Positions 57,037-64,000 of a stretch of 64,000 nucleotides of DNA are shown piece after piece. The notes beneath the pieces are model-generated. The model saw only the letters and a program-made list of their open reading frames with translations, was not told where the DNA came from and searched no databases. Position numbers and translations under genes: made by a program. Source of the stretch: Nitrososphaerota archaeon. GTDB lineage: Archaea; Thermoproteota; Nitrososphaeria; Nitrososphaerales; Nitrosopumilaceae. Position 1 is the first letter of the stretch, and each line of letters opens with the position of its first letter. The stretch covers positions 1,092,727 through 1,156,726 of the forward strand of contig JAGWFT010000001.1 of the NCBI GenBank assembly GCA_028867755.1, read 5' to 3'.

Positions 57037-58185
57037 ATGTATCAAAGTGTGGATTACGACGTAGTTGTAGCAGGTGGAAGCGTTGCTGGGCTTTTGTGTG
57101 CAAGAGAAATTGCAGGCAAAGGACACAAAGTTCTGGTAATAGAAGAAGACTATGAGATTGGTACACCAGAACATTGTGGAGGACTAGTAAGCATAATGGG
57201 CATTGATGATCTTGGAATCATTCCCATGAGAGCGACACTTGATAACAAGATAAGATCAGCACGTCTGATATCACCATCAGGAAAAAGTGTTACTCTTGAT
57301 GCAAGACCGCAGCAAGTCATAGTACTTGATAGAAGAGAATTTGATAAGCAAATTGCACATCAAGCCCAAACTAATGGCGCCGAGATACAAGTGAGAACTT
57401 CGCTTAGAGAAATAACCAAGGATGGTGTCAGGACAACTGATGGCAATATCAAATGCAAGATAATAGTGGACGCAAGAGGTGTGTCATCTTTGATTCACAA
57501 GGACCGTACTGGTACCATGCAGTCTGCACAATATGAGGTATATGCCGATTGGATTGACAAGGAAAGAGTTGAGGTGTACCTTGATCAGGAAAAATACCCT
57601 GGCTTTTTTGCATGGATTATACCAACTAGACGCGATGAAGCAAAAGTTGGCGTTGCTGGAAAAGGAATCAATCCAGCTGTAGTATTAGAAGATTTTTTGA
57701 AACAAAAAGGCAGCTATTCTACTGTAAGAAAAATATTTGCGCCCATATGGATAAAAGGTCCAATTAAGGAATTTGTCACAAAAAATGTAGTAATTGTAGG
57801 AGACGCTGCAGGACAAGCAAAGCCTACAACAGCTGGAGGAATTTATTCTTCAGGGCTTGGCGGAATACTGGCTGGAAACGCCATATCAAAATTTTTGAAA
57901 TCAGAGAAAGAAAAAGACTTGCAAGAATATCAGAAAGAATGGTTGGATAGATTTGGTAAAGAGTTTGAACGGATGCTTCTTGCTAGATCTCTTCTTGAAA
58001 GACTTGACAATAAATCAATTAACGTTCTTTTTGAATCAATAACTCCTCAAGTACTAGACGAGATTTCAAAAGAGGGAAGTTTTGATTTTCATACAACATC
58101 AGTTGCAAAACTTTTAGGGGTAAAAGGTTCTGTAAAAGCAATTCAAGCAATTTTAGGAAATGAGTTGAGACGATTACTAAGTTGA
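57037..58185 (+). CDS. Geranylgeranyl-reductase-family FAD oxidoreductase
   Basis: VAGGSVAG, PEHCGG, FAWIIP, VGDAAG...TAGGI. Confidence 0.88.
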   Translation: MYQSVDYDVVVAGGSVAGLLCAREIAGKGHKVLVIEEDYEIGTPEHCGGLVSIMGIDDLGIIPMRATLDNKIRSARLISPSGKSVTLDARPQQVIVLDRREFDKQIAHQAQTNGAEIQVRTSLREITKDGVRTTDGNIKCKIIVDARGVSSLIHKDRTGTMQSAQYEVYADWIDKERVEVYLDQEKYPGFFAWIIPTRRDEAKVGVAGKGINPAVVLEDFLKQKGSYSTVRKIFAPIWIKGPIKEFVTKNVVIVGDAAGQAKPTTAGGIYSSGLGGILAGNAISKFLKSEKEKDLQEYQKEWLDRFGKEFERMLLARSLLERLDNKSINVLFESITPQVLDEISKEGSFDFHTTSVAKLLGVKGSVKAIQAILGNELRRLLS

Positions 58186-58240
58186 ATGCACGTCGATCTA
58201 TAAGGAAGGTATAAATTCGGTAGAAAAATCAGCTTGTAAC

Positions 58241-58420
58241 ATGTCGTCATCTATTACTTTACCAGTATGCAGTTCGTGCCATAGACCAATAATGCCTAAT
58301 GATAAATGTGTAAAATTCAACTGCCCAGACTGTGGCTCTATGCTGCTTTGGCGTTGCGAGAGTTGCAGAGAGGCAGCCAGAACATACAAATGCAATTCAT
58401 GCAATTTTGAAGGGCCATAA
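58241..58420 (+). CDS. Four-CxxC zinc-ribbon protein (DUF1610/HVO_2753-like), not in the ORF track
   Basis: My translation: MSSSITLPVCSSCHRPIMPNDKCVKFNCPDCGSMLLWRCESCREAARTYKCNSCNFEGP*; lies 5 nt before aEF-1beta, the usual archaeal gene order. Confidence 0.9.
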   Translation: MSSSITLPVCSSCHRPIMPNDKCVKFNCPDCGSMLLWRCESCREAARTYKCNSCNFEGP

Positions 58421-58425
58421 AGAAA

Positions 58426-58707
58426 ATGCCACGACTAACATTACGAGCAAAGATTTTACCAACAGGTACGGAGATCGATCTAGATAATGCTGCTAAGAAG
58501 ATTGGTGCGTCTCTAAAGGATGGTATAGTACTCTCAAAATATACAAAAGAGCCACTTGCTTTTGGTCTCTACTTTATTAATGCAGAATTCTCCTTAGATG
58601 ACAAGGAAGGACAAATGGACTCGCTTGAAAATAGTGTACGTTCAGTTGAAGGCATAGGAGAGTTCGAAGTGCTTGGAGTAAGTCGAGCTTCTGTTGGCGC
58701 AAAGTAG
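58426..58707 (+). CDS. ef1b: Translation elongation factor aEF-1beta
   Basis: KILPTG, EPLAFGL, EGIGEFEV. Confidence 0.9.
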   Translation: MPRLTLRAKILPTGTEIDLDNAAKKIGASLKDGIVLSKYTKEPLAFGLYFINAEFSLDDKEGQMDSLENSVRSVEGIGEFEVLGVSRASVGAK

Positions 58708-58719
58708 GAGGAGTTCCTT

Positions 58720-60891
58720 TTGGTAAAAAAAGATGAACTGCTTCAGATGCGCGTTGGAGAAGCCAAGCAAAGAGACGTAGGTAAGAGACGAGCCAGAATA
58801 GAACCAGAGGCCATGGAGTTTTTAAAAGTAGAACCAGGGGACATGATAGAGATTATAGGAAAAAAGTCCAGTTGTGCAATAGTATGGCCAGCAGATGACG
58901 ACAACAAAGCTCCAGACATGGTTCGAATAGACGGACAGACTAGAAAGAATGTTGGTGTTGGAATAAACGACTTGGTCAACGTCAAAAAAGTCATTGCAAA
59001 ACCAGCAAAAAGTGTTGTACTTATGCCAGTCAACGGAAATGTCACAGTAGACAAGGAATTTACAGATTTTGTCAAGAATAGGCTAAAGGGTTTACCTCTT
59101 TCAGAAGGTGATGAGATATCAGTCATGATTCTTGGAAATTCAATGGACTTTAAGATACACAAGATTACACCAAAAAATGTCGTCAAAATAGAGCGCAATA
59201 CTGCACTTACTATTTTAACCGAAGCATCAGTTGACAAAAAGATTCGAGTTACATACGAGGAGATAGGCGGCCTCAGAGCACAAATAAACAGAATGCGTGA
59301 GATTGTAGAACTCCCCTTAAAACACCCTGAGGTTTTCAATAGATTAAATGTAGAACCACACAGTGGCATTCTTTTGTATGGCCCTCCAGGATGTGGCAAA
59401 ACATTGATTGCGAAAGTACTTGCAAGTGAATCAGAAGCTAACTTTTATTCGATAAATGGACCTGAGATAATGAACAAGTATTATGGAGAGACAGAGGCAA
59501 GGCTTAGAGATATTTTCAAGGAAGCAAAAGACAACGCCCCAAGTGTGATATTTGTTGATGAGATTGATGCAATTGCTCCAAAAAGAGAAGAAGCATACGG
59601 AGATGTTGAGAAAAGAGTCGTGGCTCAGCTATTGGCATTGATGGATGGCTTGACAGAGAGAGGCAATGTCATTGTACTTGGGGCAACAAATAGACCCGAG
59701 AGTGTAGATCCTGCATTAAGAAGACCAGGAAGGTTTGACAGAGAGATTGAGATCTCAGTTCCAAATGCAGACGGCAGGCTAGAAATTTTACAGATTCATA
59801 CACGTGGAATGCCACTTGCAGATGATGTTGATCTAAAACTTTTATCAGCAGAGCTTCACGGATACACTGGTGCTGACATCAAGTCTCTTTGCAGAGAGGC
59901 GGCAATGAAAGCTCTTAGAACCTTTTTGCCAGAAATTGAAATGGAAACTGAAAAAATATCTTCAGAGATATTGCAGAAAATGTCTATACGTCTTCAGGAC
60001 TTTTACGATGCAACACATGAGATTGTTCCTACTGCCATGAGGGAGTTCTATGTCGAGAGCCCAAAAATTTGGTGGAAGGACGTGGGCGGATTAGACGATG
60101 CAAAAAGAACCCTAAATGATAATTTGATTACAACAATAAAAGAGCCTGCAAAATTTCAAAAGATGGGGATTAAACCACCTAAAGGTGCATTGCTTTACGG
60201 TCCACCAGGATGTGGAAAATCATTGCTTGCAAGAGCGCTTGCAACAGAAAGTGGCGGCAACATGATACTAGTAAGAGGAGCAGAAATATTGTCAAAATGG
60301 GTAGGTGAATCTGAAAAAGCAATAAGAGAGATTTTCAGAAAGGCGAAGGCGTCGTCACCATGTATCATAATTTTCGATGAGCTTGATTCTCTGGCAAGAT
60401 CAAAGTCACTTGAAGAAGGAGGTGTGGGGGAGAGATTACTCAGCCAGTTGCTTACAGAAATGGAAGACGGCGGGGCTGCACGAGTAGTAGTAATAGGAAT
60501 TTCCAACAGACCTGATCTCATAGACCCGTCATTGCTAAGACCTGGACGTTTAGACTTGATACTATTCATCCCACCGCCTGAGGAAAAGGGAAGATTAGAG
60601 ATAATCAAGACACTTACCAGACCAATGCCACTGTCTGGAGATGTAGACTTGAAGGAGATTGCATTTGCTACAAAGGGATACACGGGTGCTGACTTGGTAG
60701 CTGTATGCAGAGAGGCAGCAGTGCAAGCACTGAGAACCAATGCACCAAAAATTAACAGTGTAGACTTTGCTGCAGCATTAAAGGTCGTCAAGCCTTCGAT
60801 TACTAAAGGCGTGGAAGACTGGTATACTTCAATCAAAGACAATATATCATACGCACTACCCAAGCCCATCGACAAGGCGTTTTATGGTTAG
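58720..60891 (+). CDS. cdc48: CDC48/VCP-family AAA+ ATPase
   Basis: N-domain plus two AAA modules ([16 protein letters not shown]), [13 protein letters not shown]. Confidence 0.95.
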   Translation: MVKKDELLQMRVGEAKQRDVGKRRARIEPEAMEFLKVEPGDMIEIIGKKSSCAIVWPADDDNKAPDMVRIDGQTRKNVGVGINDLVNVKKVIAKPAKSVVLMPVNGNVTVDKEFTDFVKNRLKGLPLSEGDEISVMILGNSMDFKIHKITPKNVVKIERNTALTILTEASVDKKIRVTYEEIGGLRAQINRMREIVELPLKHPEVFNRLNVEPHSGILLYGPPGCGKTLIAKVLASESEANFYSINGPEIMNKYYGETEARLRDIFKEAKDNAPSVIFVDEIDAIAPKREEAYGDVEKRVVAQLLALMDGLTERGNVIVLGATNRPESVDPALRRPGRFDREIEISVPNADGRLEILQIHTRGMPLADDVDLKLLSAELHGYTGADIKSLCREAAMKALRTFLPEIEMETEKISSEILQKMSIRLQDFYDATHEIVPTAMREFYVESPKIWWKDVGGLDDAKRTLNDNLITTIKEPAKFQKMGIKPPKGALLYGPPGCGKSLLARALATESGGNMILVRGAEILSKWVGESEKAIREIFRKAKASSPCIIIFDELDSLARSKSLEEGGVGERLLSQLLTEMEDGGAARVVVIGISNRPDLIDPSLLRPGRLDLILFIPPPEEKGRLEIIKTLTRPMPLSGDVDLKEIAFATKGYTGADLVAVCREAAVQALRTNAPKINSVDFAAALKVVKPSITKGVEDWYTSIKDNISYALPKPIDKAFYG

Positions 60892-60893
60892 AT

Positions 60894-61211
60894 ATGGCAA
60901 CAATACCTCTTAGAAACACAATATACGAGATAATAAAAAATGCCGGTGCTATGACAGATTCGGAACTCTCAAAGGCATTGACAAAAGCAGGAATTTCTAT
61001 TCCTGAAGATGAGTTCAACAAGACACTGCTAAATCTTGAGATTTATGGTCTCATCAAAGTGACGTGGCTAACAAAAGATGAGAGGCGAGTTGAGATTTTT
61101 GTAAAAGAAGCAGAAGAAGACGAGATAGAAAAACAAAATAGAGAAAGTCTAGAAAAAGAGTATGAAGCGGGATTTCCCGGCGTAGAACAAGAAACAGACA
61201 TCGAAGAATAA
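60894..61211 (+). CDS. Small wHTH-like protein with an acidic tail
   Basis: EFNKTLLNLEIYGLIKV wing pattern; 2 nt after cdc48. Confidence 0.7.
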   Translation: MATIPLRNTIYEIIKNAGAMTDSELSKALTKAGISIPEDEFNKTLLNLEIYGLIKVTWLTKDERRVEIFVKEAEEDEIEKQNRESLEKEYEAGFPGVEQETDIEE

Positions 61212-61212
61212 T

Positions 61213-62139
61213 TTATTTTATTACCGGAAAATGAAATGCCGCATCAAGTGCAATTCCTACAAATATTATTGTAAGATATGGAGCAGTTACCTTGTAGGCT
61301 TTCCATGCAAAGTCCGAAGTTGGGGTTTTTGTTAGTTTGTAATGATATACCAACATCAGACCGCCTGAAACTACAGCAATTCCTAGATAGACATAACCCA
61401 AACCAAATGCCACAAGCGCTATCGAATATGGAAGTAATATCGCGGTGTTAACAAGTATGTACTTTGATGTCTTTTGCATACCTATCAATACTGGCAACAT
61501 TGGAACATGTGCTTCTGCATAATCGTCCCTTATTTTCATTGCAAGACACCAAAAATGAGAAGGAGTCCATGCAAAGACAAGAACGCCTACAAGTGCTCCC
61601 AGTATGTCCATTGAGCCAGTAGCAGCAGACCATCCTGCCATAGCTGCACAGCTGCCAGCAAAGCCACCAATTACAATATTTGATGAGTTGGTACGCTTGA
61701 GCCATGCAGTATAGATTATCACATAGAAGAATATTCCAAGTGCGATGAGAAATGTAGAGATTGGATTTAGAGTAAACCATGCATAAATTACAGAGATTGC
61801 ACTTACAATTATACCATACAACAAAACATTTCTTGCAGACATTCTTCCTGATGGAATTGGTCTCTTGTTGGTTCGTTTCATCAATGGATCAATATCTCGA
61901 TCATAATAGTGGTTAAGAGCACTTGAGCCAGCAGAAGACAGCGATCCGGCTATAATTATGTGCAATAAACTGACATAGTTAAGTGGGGGACCTATCAGCT
62001 TGCTAGCCGCATACATTGATGTTACTGCAGTAATTACAAGTAAAACTACTATACGTGGTTTTGATATTTCCAGTATTTCTTTTAATCCCACAGGCCTTAG
62101 CGGGTCTTTTGGGAATTTAATTTCTTCGAAGTTTGCCAC
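61213..62139 (-). CDS. cyoE: Protoheme IX farnesyltransferase (heme o synthase)
   Basis: KPRI, NHYYDRDIDPLMKRT..RPIPSG, YTAWLKR, WTPSHFW. Confidence 0.93.
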   Translation of the reverse strand: MANFEEIKFPKDPLRPVGLKEILEISKPRIVVLLVITAVTSMYAASKLIGPPLNYVSLLHIIIAGSLSSAGSSALNHYYDRDIDPLMKRTNKRPIPSGRMSARNVLLYGIIVSAISVIYAWFTLNPISTFLIALGIFFYVIIYTAWLKRTNSSNIVIGGFAGSCAAMAGWSAATGSMDILGALVGVLVFAWTPSHFWCLAMKIRDDYAEAHVPMLPVLIGMQKTSKYILVNTAILLPYSIALVAFGLGYVYLGIAVVSGGLMLVYHYKLTKTPTSDFAWKAYKVTAPYLTIIFVGIALDAAFHFPVIK

Positions 62140-62185
62140 TAGAGGTCAAAAGAATTAAGTAGCTCACTTAATCGAACTACCACAG

Positions 62186-63283
62186 ATGAGTGACTGGGAT
62201 CTAATGATGCCTGGCATGGGTTTGACTGCAATAGGTCTTGGAGGAGTGATTTTGTCTTACTTGGGAATTGCCAATACTTTCCTCACAGGAATGCAGGCAC
62301 TTTCAGGTTTAACCATGTTTATGGGCATGGTGTTCTTGTCTGCCGGAATTCTAAGCGGTGGTGTTTCAACTAGTCCAAGAGCCAAAGCAACAACTCTTGT
62401 AATATTTGGAATTGCTGGCTCTGTTGGAGCTTATGCAATAAGTCTGAACACAGTCATAACATCATTGCCCAGATTCGTAGGAGTTTTAATTATCATAATC
62501 ATACCAACCGTTGTCATAGCATTTTCAGCTATGAAGGCACAGAAATATTTCAGGCCAATAACTGTGATATTTTTGGCTGCCATGGCAGTAGGAGTTGGTT
62601 CGTTTACAGCGTTTGGATTCATAGGACCTGGTGCTCAATTCTCATTGCATTCACAAAACATGACCAATGCTACAGAAGCAGCTAGTTCGACTTTACCAAC
62701 AGCCCCTGTGATAACAGTCAGCATACCAGTAAATGCATCCATCAAAGGAAATCCCAACTTTACACCAAATATTGTTACAGTTCCAAAAGGCGACATAATA
62801 GAATGGACCAATAACGACACAGTACCTCACACTGTTACAAATGCACCAGATGGTGCAATATTTGATTCTAGCCTAATTGCGGCTGGTAAGACATACTCAC
62901 TTGACACATCAAAACTAAACGCAACAGAATACGATTACATGTGCACGGTACACCCCTTCATGACAGGTAAGATAGTAATAACTCAGCCAGCTGTTGCAAA
63001 TGTGACAATCTCAAAAGGAGCATCTACACAAAGTGCTGGACAAAAATACTTTGATCCGGCAAGTCTTTCTGTCAAAGTTGGAACAACTGTAACTTGGACC
63101 AACCAAGACAGTGCAGCACATACTGTTACAAGTGGTGATCCAAGTGCAGGACCCTCTGGTACATTTGACTCTAGTCTAATCAAACCAGGCAACACATTCA
63201 AACATGCGTTTACAACTGCTGGTACAACATCATACTTCTGTACAGTTCATCCATGGATGACTGGAAAAGTAATAGTAGGATGA
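62186..63283 (+). CDS. Polytopic membrane protein with two C-terminal cupredoxin domains
   Basis: About five TM helices, then PHTVT...CTVHPFMTG and AHTVTSG...CTVHPWMTG type-1 Cu sites. Confidence 0.88.
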   Translation: MSDWDLMMPGMGLTAIGLGGVILSYLGIANTFLTGMQALSGLTMFMGMVFLSAGILSGGVSTSPRAKATTLVIFGIAGSVGAYAISLNTVITSLPRFVGVLIIIIIPTVVIAFSAMKAQKYFRPITVIFLAAMAVGVGSFTAFGFIGPGAQFSLHSQNMTNATEAASSTLPTAPVITVSIPVNASIKGNPNFTPNIVTVPKGDIIEWTNNDTVPHTVTNAPDGAIFDSSLIAAGKTYSLDTSKLNATEYDYMCTVHPFMTGKIVITQPAVANVTISKGASTQSAGQKYFDPASLSVKVGTTVTWTNQDSAAHTVTSGDPSAGPSGTFDSSLIKPGNTFKHAFTTAGTTSYFCTVHPWMTGKVIVG

Positions 63284-63693
63284 CATTACAAAAAAAGATA
63301 GTCCTTTCCAAAAATCACATCGATATTCTAAGAAATCACGCAAAACAAAATAAACCCAATGAATCTTGTGCCATACTTTTTGGAAAAAGTGACAGCAGTC
63401 AATTTTTGACATCAGATGTATTTCTAACAAAAAATTCAGAGCCCTCTCCTGTTAATTTTACCATATCAAACGATGATCTGATAAGAGCATATGAAGAATC
63501 TGAGAAGAGGAATTTAGAAGTCATAGGAATTTTCCACTCTCATCCAGATTCGATTGCTTATCCCTCCTCCACTGACCGCCAATACATGGAAGTAAATCCA
63601 GTTCCGTGGATTATCTATTCAAACACAAAAGATGAGTTTAGAGCATATATTTTAGAATCAGCCATCATACCAATAGATGTAACAATCCTTTAG
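63280..63693 (+). CDS. JAB1/MPN (JAMM) metalloprotease
   Basis: ESC, FHSHPDSIAYPSSTD (HxH-x7-S-x2-D); ATG at 63280. Confidence 0.9.
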   Translation: MTLQKKIVLSKNHIDILRNHAKQNKPNESCAILFGKSDSSQFLTSDVFLTKNSEPSPVNFTISNDDLIRAYEESEKRNLEVIGIFHSHPDSIAYPSSTDRQYMEVNPVPWIIYSNTKDEFRAYILESAIIPIDVTIL

Positions 63694-63695
63694 CA

Positions 63696-63797
63696 TTATT
63701 GTTTGTGTATGTTCTTTTTATGTCGCTCAAAATGCTCTTTATCTACAAAGGTTGCACTACAATCCTTACATTTGAATCCGGATTTTTGGCCCCACAC
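63696..63797 (-). CDS. ~33-aa C2H2 zinc-finger microprotein, not in the ORF track
   Basis: My translation ...GQKSGFKCKDCSATFVDKEHFERHKKNIHKQ*; GTG start approximate. Confidence 0.65.
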   Translation of the reverse strand: MWGQKSGFKCKDCSATFVDKEHFERHKKNIHKQ

Positions 63798-63830
63798 TGA
63801 CAAGTGATGCACGTAAGTTACGTAAAAGAA

Positions 63831-64000
63831 TTACTCTAGCCTAAACGTCGCCTTTGCACCATCATGGACTTTTTTCACAAATTCTCCATCAGTTGCACTT
63901 GTCTTTCCTATTACATTCACAGGAGAATACGGCTTTATCTCACCCTTTGAGCCAATAGGAGTCGGCCCAAAAAATAGACATATTGCCTTACCTTGTGGCC
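63831..64000 (-). CDS. C-terminus of a cyclophilin-like (DUF369) protein, cut by the window edge
   Basis: PQGKAICLFFGPTPIGSKGEIKPYSPVNVIG. Confidence 0.75.
   Translation of the reverse strand, partial: PQGKAICLFFGPTPIGSKGEIKPYSPVNVIGKTSATDGEFVKKVHDGAKATFRLE

Noticed and set aside
58198-58404. 68-aa minus-strand ORF from the track
   Set aside because: Shadow of the plus-strand four-CxxC zinc-ribbon gene 58241-58420.
58743-60875. Long antisense ORFs (218 aa and 226 aa) opposite cdc48
   Set aside because: They mirror the codon structure of a conserved gene and show no motifs; the same applies to the other antisense ORFs inside ilv, trp, smc and the NHL gene.

Overview
64 kb of an AT-rich archaeal chromosome. 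The gene set (rps26e, Alba, aEF-1beta, thaumarchaeosortase with PEFG-CTERM substrates, blue-copper proteins, NreA, aSelBL) points to an ammonia-oxidising Nitrososphaerota (Thaumarchaeota); the genus cannot be fixed from sequence alone. It is mostly housekeeping: ilvD, trpEGDCBA (no trpF), pyrG, ilvB-ilvH-leuA-leuB, aspS, smc, ino1, dinB, cdc48 and cyoE. There are two small accessory patches, a surface-protein cluster (~15.4-20.0 kb) and a short-ORF patch with a transposase remnant (~31.4-33.0 kb). I found no rRNA, canonical tRNA or CRISPR array. Best leads: (1) an unannotated 20-codon Leu/Ile/Val-rich leader ORF with two overlapping alternative hairpins and a U-tract upstream of ilvB, resembling ribosome-coupled attenuation in an archaeon; (2) a truncated CysRS paralogue with MshC-like architecture and a remodelled Zn site, overlapping a GNAT gene and followed by ino1, a mycothiol-like gene trio; (3) a GC-rich structured ncRNA candidate after pepF; (4) an NAD-kinase-like/wHTH fusion with an altered catalytic motif; (5) several zinc-finger microproteins missing from the ORF track. 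All product calls come from motif recognition by eye; no database searches were run.
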